Assembly (NCBI GenBank): GCA_977030845.1
Contig: OZ365116.1
Coordinates: forward strand, 16,120,001-16,184,000
Source: Fimbriosthenelais zetlandica
Taxonomy: Eukaryota
Direction of reading: 5' to 3'
Length of the DNA: 64,000 bases
Made by a program: the position numbers and the translations under genes. Below are positions 10,424 through 24,030 of the stretch, one piece after another. Below the pieces are notes generated by a model that searched no databases, was not told where the DNA came from, and worked only from the letters and a program-made list of their open reading frames with translations. Every line of letters starts with the position of its first letter. Within the stretch, counting starts at the first letter, position 1.

Positions 10424-13400
10424 ATGATACATGTATACTGCCTTGCCTCAGCTGTGAGACCCACCACTGTGACTGCCTCATCTTTCTCACGCCGCTGTGA
10501 CACTTCAAATCATCTTCCGCTCTGTTAGCCATCTTTTCACAGAACCAGAATAATTTGTTGTCAGGCATACTTCCCTGGCCCTTAGACAATCAGGATGAGG
10601 CGAAACCTTCATGAGGTATTTCCCTCTTCTCTCTGCACGCTTGCAACCCCCTTCCTCCCCACCACCCAGCAATATGCCAGTCTAAGGATCCCATTTGACT
10701 GATTTCTCTCAATACACGCCTCCTCCTCCTCCTGCTACTACTCCTGCTCCCTATCCATCACGTGACCACTCTACCGGAACAGGAAGTTCCCTACTGGAAG
10801 TGTCTCAAGAAATATTGTCCCCCAGATGAGGGAGTGTGGCATGAAGTCGTGGTATGTGTGGGTGGGTGTGTGGGCTGTAGGGCTGACTATTTCAGCCTCT
10901 CGCCATGAGGTGGGAGCTTTATTTCACCCCCTGATGCCCCGACCACCATTTTCTTTCCCCCTTTATCTGTGGTGAGACACATTATTTCCCCATCTGCTGC
11001 CTGTGGTGTGACAAGCTGTGAAATCCAATGTGCACAGAGAAACTGTTTCTATGAGTTAATTAAATACGTCTGAATTTAGGGGGAAAGGTTTATGGATAGG
11101 GTAGAACAGCCTCAATTTATAGCCCACCAAACATGTGAAAAGGGCATGGCGGGAAGGTCATGCATGGGAAAGACGAGCTAAACTGGAAAATTGTGAAGAT
11201 TAGGGGAGTTGGCCCACCCCTGTCTTAGGTTACGTCACCTTGGTAAATTCTGGCTATTCTGCTGTCTGAGGCAGCCTCATTTTGAGCTTGCCTGCTGTCC
11301 TTCCCTCTATTGGCAATCCTGTGAACTCTCAGTGGCTGGTAAAGGACATGGTGCTGCACGAGTAAAACGGACCACGTGCCATACAATTTAGGCCCTGGCC
11401 TGTCTGTCTCTAATTCAGACAGACAGAAATAACCTGTCCTTCCTCTACTTGCCGTTCTAACCCCATTCAGTATGGGGGAGCATGGTTAGCTACCAGGGAC
11501 CATAGAATCTGATCCGGGCTGGCCTGCCATGTCTCGGCCTACCATAGTCTAATCTGCAGCTTCAGCAGTGAGGAGGCTGAGACGTGGGCTGCTGCAGGAC
11601 CAACATTTACTGTCTCGTCATCTGTAACCAAAGGCAGCACAGAAGGAGGAGTTATGAAGTCTCTCTGACACCATGTGAAATATATACCGAGTATAGACTC
11701 TGAAAAGAAGGACATTTACTTTAACCAGACTAGGAGAGAGTGCTCATCTCCTGTCATCTTCTATCAGACTTTATTGATGTATATGCACCGGCATACAAGT
11801 CATTACAAGTGAATCTCCTGAATTTATAGTCACTGAAAGTTTCCGTGCAACTACATGCCACTTATCGGGACAGGTCAACAGCCTCTAACTGTAGTACAGG
11901 CCTGTAAACACTAACAACATGCCTGTCTGACATTTGGTTTTGACCTGATACAAACTTTTACATCGAATCTGTAACATATTTTTTTGAACTAGACCTGTTT
12001 GAGGGCTACAGAAATAACTCTTGCGGGTCTGGTCCAACAATAGGCCGAGGTAGGTCAAACCTATCGCACTTAGAAATAATTGTCTCTTGCATTTTAAGAT
12101 ATATCTTTTCAACTGCAGTGTTGTGTACGATGCATTTCTTTGTGCAATTAATATTTGAACGTATGTAACCTAGGTAGAGTCAATTTGAAATCTCATGCTT
12201 AAATCAGGATGGTTTCAGGGCATGTCTTTTTTGTAGGGCAGATGCCCCTAAGCGGGTGTGACCTCACAAATTTTGTTACCTCCCTTTTCCCCAGCATTCT
12301 GTTCTCTTCCCCGTCTTTCCATTTCCAGTCCACCATCAGCACTTCTCATTGCACCACCCTCAGTCCCCTCACCCCCAGCTCCCCGCCTTCACCCAGCCCC
12401 AGGGGAACCAAGGTCTAAGTGTTAAAAGCCTGGTCTTTGTTCTAAAACGACAGACAATGTAAGATCCTGCCCCGAGACGAGAGCCGAGCGTCCACAGCAG
12501 GGCCTCCAGCTCTCTCTCCTCTTTCTCCTCATTCTCTGTGTATTTTGTATATCAGGCGCAACATAGGGATGAACATCTGACATTGTTGACCAGATCTTTT
12601 GGTTGCGTATACGTCTGGCTGCAAGTGATTTGTATGTCTAAAATCCCTGATAAAATTGATGGTTATAATCAGACAAGATCGGCTTGAATTTCCACTTGAC
12701 CTAGTGGAAATAATCATGGATTTCCCAGTAATAAAACAGAGAAGCCCTCTTCGCCAAACCAAATATTAATACTTGTAAAATTCATCTGTTCTGGGTTTAC
12801 ATTAGGACAGGCAATTAGGTTGGCGGGTTTCTCCCTCTGTTTACTGACTCTTATTTGATCTGATCTTTCCTCAGACCTGGATTTTCTGGAATTTTCTTTA
12901 GCCTGCCTGTGTTTTGAGATAAGGTTTTTTAGATGAAGTTGGATGGGTTTGAGTTGTGCTGTGTCACTTTTATTGGCCTTTTCCGCGTTCTGCCCGGCGT
13001 CTGTAGTTCCTCAATATCCGCTGGGCGTATTTTTCACCGTGATCTGATAATATGCTTCGTGTGGGCTGAAAGCAACGTGAACAGAGAGATCAATGACTGA
13101 GCTGGGACCAACTCCAATCTTCTCTGTGACAAAAACACTGTGAAAAAATTACACAAAAACGGCAAAAAAACAATAGCGAAAGCAACAAAAGAGCACAGAG
13201 CCAGAGGCGAGTGTTAACCAAAGCATCTTACGACCTGGAAAGGAATAAAAAAGCCCTTTATGTTCAGGCTTTACTTGGATCTGGTGTCTACTTAACATAA
13301 AAGCTTTTATATCTACTTAAACATCAGACAAACTTAAGTTTGGCGAATCTAACCAAAGACAATCCATATCTCCACTTATATGACTCAATAATTATTTGGA

Positions 13401-15619
13401 TTGATGTATTGATGTGGCCTTCTTGGAAAGACATCTCCCTGTCATTTAATCGACCGTCATCCCCCAGAAAAGGTGATCAGTAATTGTGTTAAATTTTTAC
13501 AATTAACATTTATCACCTGTCCCAGGGGTTGTCATGGTAAACGGGTTAACCTTCAGATTGCTTGACTTTCACTGAGCCGCCATGTTTGCTGAGAGCTGAC
13601 AGTCAATCAAGCTCGGCGTGGTCAGATTGCTGAGAATTATGGAGCAATTCACAAACTGGATTTCCAGTCCATGTATGTCCCTACAACACTGGCTAGCATG
13701 CACTCTAGATGTATGTGGCAGTTGCTGTCAGTCTATATGTTAGCCACTGTCACACTTGCTGTCACTTAGCTGTCACACAGTATTTGAGCTGATCAGCAAT
13801 TAGATGTCCCTGTGCCTGCAGATATTTCCCCAGCTAGTATTTATCTGTAGGATTATTTCTCTCCTCCTGGGGTTTCGTCTGGGGAAAGCTGGCCTTCCTC
13901 CTCCCGCCATTAGCCAGGGTTACTGGAGGAAGACTCATCCCGCGCCTGCTTCCTCATCTCTCCTGATCCTGTGTCTTCTTCACAAATCCTGCCTTACAAT
14001 AATAAACCATTCAAAATGACCAATCCTGAAAACCTGCCTGGCGGCGTCAGTATGGAGCCGTTTTTAACTTACTAGCTGTGAGCCTTAGGTTTCTTCACCC
14101 TAATAGATGGCTCTCATTACTCCACCCAAGTAACAGCCCCCCTCAGGGCTCTCCCAGATTACGCCATTTGTTTATTTCACCCCCAGCATGGTTAATAAAT
14201 TGCCACTTTCTATTATTGATTTTCCTTTTCCTGTCTTGACGCTGGGTGGAAAGTGAGACTCATTTGTCGGGACCGTAACAGCTTCAACTGAATGAGACAG
14301 AACTAGTATTAACCAGTCCAATCCCATCAGGGCAAGTCATGACTGACTACAGACAGTCAAAGAACTAGGCAGGACCGGTCATTGCCAGTCAGAAGTAGTC
14401 GACAGGACTGATCACAGTTACTCTGAATATTATTTGGTTAATCGATCTAGTTCGTTGCTGAAATTGCAGGTTTCTTACAGGATTCTTTACCTGAAATAAC
14501 CCACTTGTCATGCTAGAGCTCATTTCCACAAAATCCTTTAGTTTAAACTCATATTCTTTTATATTTATGTAATAATCAACATGCAGTCTCCAACCCCCAT
14601 TCCACCTCCACCTCAGCCTGCAGCACCTCTAATTCTCTATTTAGCAGCTATAGTTGATTGTGGAGTGAAGCTTGAGCCCTCACACTGCCTCACGGCCCAT
14701 TATCTCCCTCCACTGCACATTATAGTCCTTCATATTCTTCCACCTCAGAAGCAAGCCTCCCGGCGAACGCTCCTTTTTGTCGAGCCATGTCTTTGTATGC
14801 TTTAGAGGCAAGTTTTGACCTGTAAGACAGCTTACCATGAGCGTTCACGCGCTCCAGATCAAACCACCCTGCTACAGGAAGTCTGCCTATGAATAATCAT
14901 TATAAGCCTGTCTTCTACTGTACCGCCCCTCTGCACATTGCATGATGGGTATTTGGTGATAATACTCTAAGCCAATCATCTGCCAGCTCGATGCACAAAG
15001 ATTAACGCCTTCAGTAGGTCTCAGACGACACACTTCATATTCCATCAATTCCAGGTACCGACTTCTCAGCCCTCCAGCTGTGAAATGTTGCACTATAGTC
15101 AGGCCCTCCAGATATGTAGTTTCGCTAAACTCTAGCCGTGGCCCTCTAGCAGTACAAAGCTCCAAGAGAAATGGAAAAGATGTCTTAAAGTAAAAGTGAA
15201 GACTAAAAATGTTAGAACTATCTGACTACTTCTATGAAATGCCATGTATTTAGGCTATTTTCAGCATGTGTTATATAGGCCCTTAAGATCTTAGTGGTTC
15301 CGTCGCTGCTTCCCCACCCCCTTCCTTCACCATACAAGCCCCCACTCCTCTCTGCTACCTGACGCCTGCACCCACAGGTAGAGGTTAATTGGAGTTGTCA
15401 GCTGTGAGGCATGGTTTGGTGTGACATCGGTCAGCTTGCAGTGACGGATTTCTCCCATTATCAGCTACTAAATGAAGCTTTATAGATTGTGACAGGCCAG
15501 TAATAACAATGCTGCATGTGGCTTTGAACGGACCACATCAACATCATGACCTGAGTCTGACTTCTACATTCTTAGAAATATGGAGTTGGTACTGAGCAGA
15601 TATAGCTGTGATATTTTAG

Positions 15620-15900
15620 GTATTCGACTGATTAAACAGAGAAACAGATCTACAAACTATTGTTTGCTATTCACCTGATTACAAAGGAAATATCTGAATA
15701 TGCTGGACGCCATAGTGATAACTATTGCTCTGATAATATAAGTCTTGCTATTCCCCAAACATTATCCAAGTATTTCTTGCTATTAGTCTGATTAAACAAT
15801 TCCTGCTTTTCACCTGATTAAACCACTATCCACATACTCTTTTCGAGGTATTGACGGTCATTACCCTGATTGAAAAGGTGACGCTGTTACCCTGATTAAT
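15620..15900 (+). repeat. Degenerate minisatellite (about 26-bp unit) carrying CTGATTA
   Basis: CTGATTA at 15628, 15675, 15788, 15814 and 15892; variants at 15730 and 15866. The last four sites are spaced 26, 52 and 26 bp. Confidence 0.65.
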
Positions 15901-16520
15901 CGTATATATAGTCTTAAGTTTTAGAACCCACAATATAAGCTGATAACTGATGATGAATGTACATGATTCCATCCGAGACTAGAACAGGTTGACCTTGACA
16001 GCCACCTTGTGGCAATTATCAGTACTTGAGCTGGTATTACGCCGCACGGCTGACTGTTCACCACGGCATGTAACACGTTTAGATCGCCACCAGTAATGGT
16101 AGAAGTGTGTTACTACCAAACTCACAGACTGAGTGATAGAGGTGTGGAGAAGGCACTTAATATCGACACATTCCTCTCTCTCTCTCTACAGAATTGAGAG
16201 AAAATCGTGTTCTCCACCCTTTGCCTTTTTCTCCCACTCAATTTCTCCCCTCCATCCCTCTCGTCATATTCATTTTTAAAACAACATGTCCTTACATTCC
16301 CCTCCGGCTTGTCCGGCATTTTTCAACATCATTTTTTGCTAAAATCTCTTATCACAGTCTTTTTTCAAACGTGCTTGATTTGAACTGACTTCCCGGCTTC
16401 ACAAAGCTGAACTGCTGGTGCTGTCGCTCGCTATTGCTGTCTCTGTTACTCTGCTACATATCTCGTATATTTTTGACCATTTAAGGAAGCTTAGAGGGAC
16501 TTACATTTGTAATATCTGTA

Positions 16521-16753
16521 CCGCTAGATGTCAGCTACTGATCACATGATCATTTGTACCAGATCATGTGACTAAAGTGGCGGCCACACAAACATTACAA
16601 ACAGTAAGCTGTCAGAAGTTAGTTCTGTGAAAATGTACACCCAAATGCTGAGTCCTTGGGCCCATCAGATGCTGCAGGATGTTAGGAGTTATATCCACTC
16701 ATACGTCTCGTAAACATGGCTCATGATTGAGGGTAATAACCAGTAGGGGGCAC
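16521..16753 (+). promoter_or_regulatory. Pair of co-oriented CTCF-like motifs
   Basis: CCGCTAGATGTCAG (16521-16534, one mismatch) and CCAGTAGGGGGCAC (16740-16753, full match to CCRSYAGRKGGCRS). Confidence 0.4.
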
Positions 16754-19700
16754 CCATCTATCACGCAGCCCTCTAGTTCTGCTAACTTCTCTCGTTCTAA
16801 TCCTCAACTCAGATTGGAACATGATGACTGAGATAAAGCTGGCTGGGGAGGAGCTTCAGGGGGGGTTCAGACATAATGGAAGTCTTTCTCCAAGTGTTGG
16901 TAAGATAGCATCTAAATGAAGACCGGCCTCCGGGCTCATCACAGAAACTAGAAACTTTTCCTCCAAGTCTTTCCTTCCATCTGTCAAATGCTGCTCGGTG
17001 AAAAACACTTGCCCAATGTCTAATCACGTGATCCAAGGCTGCGTCTCGTTACGTGGCACCTCGGGCATCTCGGTCCTCCCAACATCTGATATCAAACCTC
17101 ATTTAGGCTGGTATTTTAGTGATTTGTTTGAGATTTGCTATTTTCTGGTGGAGGTTGTTCTGATTGCCTCAGTGATCACATTGAGGGCAAGCAATGATAT
17201 CACTCAGCTATTCAGTTAACTGCCTCTTCTCTAAAACTGCCCGATTCCTTTCACGAATTTCTATTGCCTCGAAATAACAATACATTAACAGAGGTGTATT
17301 CGTGAAAAAGAAGTCCCCCGTGAGCTAGGAGACATCAATAGGAAATCTGGAAGGAAAAAGGTCAATAGTATTGGTGAGACAGACAGGGGAGCTTGCTATC
17401 TTGAACATAATCATGAACTGGGTCTGTGACGTCTATATTGTTGTTGCGAGGCAGTTAACACTGTCTGAAAAGAACAGTGTGTCTACCAATAATGCTGGGA
17501 GTTGCAAAGCTGGTACTTCTACTCCTGCTGCTATATTCCTTCTCCTGCACTTCTCTTTCCCTCCTGTTCTGTCTCTCCCCTTTCTTCCCCCCTCACCATC
17601 CCTTGTTTCATGTAAAGGTCAATAGAGACCTCAGAGAGAAAAGAAATGAAGCATTGATCTGTTGCTATGGAAGCCTTTTATATCACCATGGGAACGCTGT
17701 GTCCCCTGGCAATCTGCCTGCTTGGGGCCAGTCTCATGTTGCTATGGAATCATTAGCTCCCCCTAGCAACTATACCTAGATCACCATCCTACCCAAATAA
17801 ATACAACCTATAGCACAGGTCCATGAATATCTCTTGATGCCATATATTCTTACCTCGGGAACTGAGCCACGGCACTACAGTTTGCTTCCCATTAGCAATT
17901 GATGGGTCAGTTATGGTAATGTTGTGCACATTTTCATGGGATCCCTGCCCCCGCAAGTGTGCCATGTTTGGTGTTTGTGGGGACAGTATAAGCGTTAAAA
18001 GTCCAGCAACAAGATTGCTGCCTATTCCATGATATCGCATAGTATTAGGTATGAGATGCAGGTTTTGAGCAATAAATATTTTTATGGGTATTTGGTCTGG
18101 CCTGACGGGTTGGGTGGGGGTGGGGTAGTATAGATTGTAGGAACAGTAGATAGGGGTCTGTCTCAGACCTCTAAACCTTACACACACAAGTATGCACACC
18201 CCCCCCCCCCCCCCCCCCACACACACTTGGATACAGAGACATGACGCTTATCTCACCGGGTCGGCTGGAGGTTTACCATGGATTTAGATAAATTACCAAT
18301 GGAAACTCCAAACTGACCTCTGGTGAATATTGTATGTACTATACGTCTAAGATAGTATGCTCCCCATTCCCCTGCTCCACCCCCATCCCACCCTCCGACC
18401 CAACCTCCGATCTCCTTTCTGCTCTCCCCAATTTGATACACAATCCACCATTGTTTCTAATGGCCAGGCTGTTCTGTGCTCTACGTCGCCCATTACTGAA
18501 CTCCATGTCACCCTTTCTTGTGTACTATGTCACTCATTATTGTTTACTACGTCACCTATTATTGGGTATCCATCATCAAGGTCAGCAGTGGCCAAGGACG
18601 GGTTGTCATGTCCGGGTTGGCCGAACGATGGCCATACGCAAGCAACATGGTTAGAGGAGCAGCCAGAAATGTTGCAGGTCTCTTTATTGAATAAAAGACA
18701 TTCCTTCTGAGTGGGTCAATCAAGGGTAAAAGGGGCAACGACGCTCTGAAACAAGGATGGGGACTATCATGAACAGAAGAGTCGGAAAGGGTGCTGGCTT
18801 TTGGGTCTTGCCCAGAGTGTAAAATTCCAATGGAAATGGTCTTTCTGGGATCACTCTATCATTATTGGGCCTACAATTCACATCCATATATCATTTACCA
18901 TATCTGCTTAGCCATCCCATCCTCCTGTATTGCCTCCTGATATTTTGAGGTATAAAGATACCTATCAGAGATTCTGGAGACCCTGACTCTGCCTTTCAGA
19001 TGTTCCAATCTGTTGAAACAATACCCACGATTCCCAGTTCCAGCCCGCAGCCTCTCTGTGCCTATTATCAACCACTACTGACTTATTCCTTGTCTTAATC
19101 CAGGACATTGCTACGTTGATTGCTCTGTGGGACATGCCGTTTTTGCTGACCATCCTGTGCTGCACAGCCCACTCTGATACCAGTATTACAGACATACATT
19201 GAGTTGGCCTGGACCAGGTGATTAGTGGGGTTTTTGTTGTGTAATTAATCACTAATTTGCTGCCTTTAGTTGGTTTGGAGGGAGACAATAGGATTGATCA
19301 GTGAGTGGTGGGGAGACGGAGGGAGGAGAGGAATACCAGATGGTGCTTCATGCATCATTCTCCCTCTCGTTCCCCTCTCAATGCTTCTCTTCCTTCCGTC
19401 ATTCCCCTGGTCTTCATTAATTCTCATTAATGTCTACCTCAATAGGCAAATCTAGATTTTTTATTTGAATTTTTTTACAGCCCTGTTTTAGCTGAGAGCC
19501 AGTCCATAGACAAAGCTATAATATCCTCCCGGTGCCCTATCTCTGTTACCTTCTGTGTAACCGATATTAATGTAAGTCCTTGAACCTAATTATATAGAAC
19601 ATAAGCCGAGAATGTAGACAGTGAAAACGGATCTGCCCCTTCCCTATCACCTCCACCTTCCCACTAACAGCCCCTCTGGCCCTTCACAAACATAGGCCTT

Positions 19701-22416
19701 CATGGTCAGAATCAACCACCGTTTAAGAGCACTCTTTCTGAGGACCTAAAATTAGCTGAGGATATTAAGGGCCTGCCTGGGGCCATGTGAAGGTCATCTG
19801 TGGGAGTTAAGGGCCATGTTTGTGGTGGAGGACCCCGGGGAGGGCCGTCATATACAAGGTGAATGAGTGTGTCAAATCCTGCAAGGCATTTAGACACAGG
19901 ATCTCAGAGAGAGACACCAGTCATGGTTAGAACTGCTACAGACTGGCAGTGTCATTAAAACCACTCATATGTTTTGCTTTAGTTTTGAACATACATTGCT
20001 GATAATATAAAAATGATGCAATCATATCTACCTAAAGCCTTGAACCCAAGAAATAGACTGATTGTGTAGATGGGGCATTTCCAGAGGCTGACCCTACTGT
20101 TCACGGTAAATGTACTGATACCCCAACAGAGAACCCCTTTACTCTGCCTCTACCGGGCCCAGGCTTCCTCTGATGTGTATATAGACCTGTCATTACTCAT
20201 TACCAGGAATATAGCTGTCATTCTCGGCCTCGCTCGTTCCGTCCAACCGTCCATTCACGGATTCTAATCACTGGTAATAAAGCCTTTTGTGGAGAGGAAG
20301 ATAAGAGAGCAGCCTCCATCAATCAACCCGGCCCTGTCTCTGACAAAGTGAATATATTCCCAACATTGTCCTACCATTTCCTCCTTTACCCTCAACTAAA
20401 ATCCTCATTTAAATGTCAATGCGGGGTTATATAAGTGCTCAGACCCTCTGATTGTGATGAAGAGGTCGGGGACAGGGCCTAAATTTGAGTGGCCTCTTTG
20501 CTGGTATTAAAGTCACTGACCAAGCATACCTCAACCCTAACAAATTGCATGAACCCAACCCCAACCCTTTCCTGCTCCTCACCCATCGTGCCCCACTTGC
20601 AGCCCCACCATGCCCCCAACTCTGCCCTTGCACACTTTGCGCTCACACCACAAACCAATCTCCCTAGGCCACACTGCTCATCATTCACTCTGTCATCTTC
20701 ACTGTTCATTGTCCAGCTTTCACCCCACCATGGCATCACTTTTATCGTTCTTCATCCTTCTCTGTCACCGACCAAGTCTTACTGTCAAGTTATCCTTGAA
20801 GCTGTCAGGCAGTTATACTTCTTTAATGTTCTCCTCGACCACCTCTTACCACCTCCTCCCCAACTCTAACACCCCTTCATTCATTCTACCCCTTCTCTAC
20901 CACCTTCTCCCTTGTCTATAACACCCCAAGCTCGCACCCCTTCTCCTCCCCCATCTCTCCATCCATTCCATTGTAACATTTCTAACCCATTCTCTTGCCT
21001 TTCAAGTATCACCCCTGACTTGATAGATCTGAGAGGGGTTTTTGTCTCGCGTATTGCCTGCTGTTCCAGGCTGTGAATAGCCGTGTTTTGATGTATTTTC
21101 CCAGCCCTGGTTCTGAACGCCTGATGGATGGATCTGTCATAATCACTCACGACACACTCATACTCCGTGAAACTCGGAGATAATTTGAATTTTGATGGAA
21201 CATCTCTCAATCAATATTATCAGAGGTGGGTTAGGGTGGGGTTAATGAATAGGTGAAGGGGGATGTGTGGAAGAAGGTTGGGGGGCATGGTTCTCAGTCA
21301 ATGCCAAGTCCCACCTCCTCCTCCGTCCCACCCTACCCCCACCACATACACAGACAGTGAAATAAAGGTCTATTGAAGCCAATTAAAGTCGGTCCTCCCC
21401 CTAAACAGACTACTGTTATAGCCGTCTTTTGACATGGAAGTTTCTAATGACAGACGAGGCAAGTCCCACCCTTTGTCCCCAGCGTTTCCTCTCCCACCAA
21501 TCTACAGTTAATAAGACTCTAGCTGCCTCACGAAATCATTCTCTCTGCAGGAGGTTTTAACTGGTTGCAGGTCTCATATCAAGGAGAGGGTAGAATGAGA
21601 AAGAGGGAATAAAGAGGGACTGGGGGAGAATTGCAGAGCAAAGCCGAGAGGGGGTCATTGCATAACGTAAAGTGTGGAATTCTCACAAATGATTTAATCT
21701 AATAAATGATTGTGAGGTCGGGAAAGACTTCTAAACAAAAACTAAGTTCTCAGCTAAAATAAATGAATAGGATACAAATTTGAAATGAAAAGTCTCAAAA
21801 AGCTTGATATTACAAATCTTTAATATGGAGGTTTGTCTTGAGACTGAGTCACATGTCTGAGTCTGAAGCAGTAAAGAAGCCGTGACTGTCATAAAGCTGG
21901 TAGCTCCAGCTTATTTCAGAGCTTGCCTCTCATTCCCTGCCTCTCCACTCTCTTCTCATTCCCACATTAACGCTGAGTGAATGAGAATCACTGATCTGTA
22001 TACTGAGCTCTTCACTAATTAACACTAATGAGTGTTAACGATGGCTGGTAAGCGCCTCAGCCTGCCCACAGAGATCAGATCAGGCGTGAAGGTGTCACAT
22101 AGACTCATGTTGGGTGTTTGGAGCTGGAGGAGAGGAGCTCCACAACCAGTGGCTAAACAGTTCTCCTGATTCATGGCAGGAACCAGCATCTCAAGGAGGA
22201 CTTCCAGCTGATGTGACAAAATGCAGAGACTTTAACTAGCTCTTGTACCTAACACTTTCTACTTCAGTCTGGGGTGGGAAAAAGTCCTGGTTCCAGGTCT
22301 TGGTGTGTTTGTTATTTTGTCTAAGAATCAGCACTTTTACCTGTGTGTTTGCTGCATAAACACAACCAATCTTTCAGTTTCAATCATTTATTTCAACTTC
22401 AGGGCAGAGCGAATTG

Positions 22417-22555
22417 CATTGAACAAGAACTGTACTGTGATCACATGCACATATGAACTGTTACAATAAGCAGAGCAGTGCCACCTATAGATACAATGTG
22501 AGGTGGCACGCCAAGTTCTGTTCAATGACTTTCTACTCACTTGTTTTATTATACT
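22417..22555. repeat. Old interspersed repeat fragment with nested inverted repeats; second copy at about 56754-56824
   Basis: Inner stem gtgccacct/aggtggcac (22478-22509) and outer arms cattgaacaagaact/agttctgttcaatg (22417-22527). The stretch acaatgtgaggtggcacgccaagttctgtt...tttcta...acttgtttt recurs, diverged, at 56763-56820. Confidence 0.55.
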
Positions 22556-24016
22556 TTCTTGAAGGTAGGCTATAATATATAATTGGGACCTGACCTAGGT
22601 TATCTAACCTTCCTGAGCAAAGCTAGGAGGCTACAAAGAGACTTTTTCTGGGAGAGGCTTTCCCAACATCCCCGAAAAAACAACGCCTGTCCTTTCTCCT
22701 GTTCAATTTCCTTGTTCAACTCCCCAACTTCCCTTCTCTAGAATACGGGTGTGCAGGGCATTTGAATATTAGACAACACCTCCTGCTCTGAGCTGCTCCT
22801 GGGCAGCAGTAGAAGCAACAAATGGGCGATAATAGAGGAAGTTTAGGCCCTGAGCTAGCCCTGACATTTTTATTTGGTGTGGAGCGGTGGAACATAAAGT
22901 CCTGATGGGCGCCATGAACCACATCCACTCGACTTACACGCTGTATATATCCATCCTAGATTACACCTCCATATAATACCTCCATCACCTGCCAGGTGGT
23001 GCTCCCAGCTCATCCCCAGCCCTGCCGGGGTCAGCACAAAGCTGCACACACAAATTAGAAGGAAACTGGCAGAGGGAGGTTCACAATTAGCAGAAGAGCT
23101 GGGTGGGTGAGGGATAGAGGTAGTTGGTGCATGCAGAGGGCTGAGTGAGAGAGATGGAGGAGCAGGAGGAGGAGGAAGGCATTACTTTATACAGAGTGGC
23201 TACTCCACACACATGCTGCCCATTACCACACAGACTAGTCTCCATACACTACAGCCAAACACTCGTTACCTGGCCGACTCGGTCGCTACTTGACCAGCTT
23301 TTACAGTCTAAAGTCTTTGGTTTGAATCCTGTCCTTTCCTGAAAATGGCCATTGCCTCCCTGCTTGCTGTTGAATACATTCAGTCAAAGCTTTGTAGAAA
23401 CGTAGTGGGAATTTTGAACATTAAACGAAACTTGAGATGGAAGTCGTTATAGATTAAAGCTATGAGGGATATGTAGGGTAGTTGATCAGCTATCTAGCCC
23501 CACACACCGTGCCAGCCAGGCCTGTATCATTCTCTTCTAAACCCTGTGACATTGCAGGAAGTTCCCATGATGCATCAGGACCCAGTGTCCCATAATGTAG
23601 CGGTAGACGACAGCCATTTCCGCCAAGCGCCAGTTTCACCGTTTGGTGCCAGCGATTATGGGATGTCCTCACTTACTTGCACCTGCTCTCCCTTCACTGT
23701 CCTAACTTCTATACTTGGCTTTCTGTACTTGCCCAGCCCCATTCTACATCTACCAGTCATATATCTATGTCTTGTCCCCTCATTTTTGCTCCTGATATCG
23801 AGAAGATAAATGTCTGCAACCATTTTTGTTTCTCGTGTGAATGAGGGAGAAATAGGGACATAAAGTGAGAAAGATGTGATGAGATGTGTGGCTTTTAAAT
23901 AAATACGGGACAATAAGAGGGCAGTAAGACTGGGCCATGACTAAGCACATGTAAGCAGCCTTCTCTCTACCACTAAACAATACCCCTCTCCTTCCTCCTT
24001 TCTCACATGACACCTG

Positions 24017-24030
24017 GTTTCCATGGTAAC
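24017..24030. promoter_or_regulatory. RFX X-box
   Basis: GTTTCCATGGTAAC fits GTTNCCATGGNAAC; immediately preceded by TCACATGAC and CACCTG E-boxes. Confidence 0.5.

Noticed and set aside
11885-12112. TYLGLLLDQ resembling the LINE RT thumb motif
   Set aside because: Single short motif with no supporting flanking RT motifs.
16809-17219. Protein-like minus-strand ORF remnants
   Set aside because: No family recognised; needs a search.
18965-19288. SWIKTRNKSVVVDN resembling a LINE RT segment
   Set aside because: The expected GVPQGS and YADD motifs are absent downstream.
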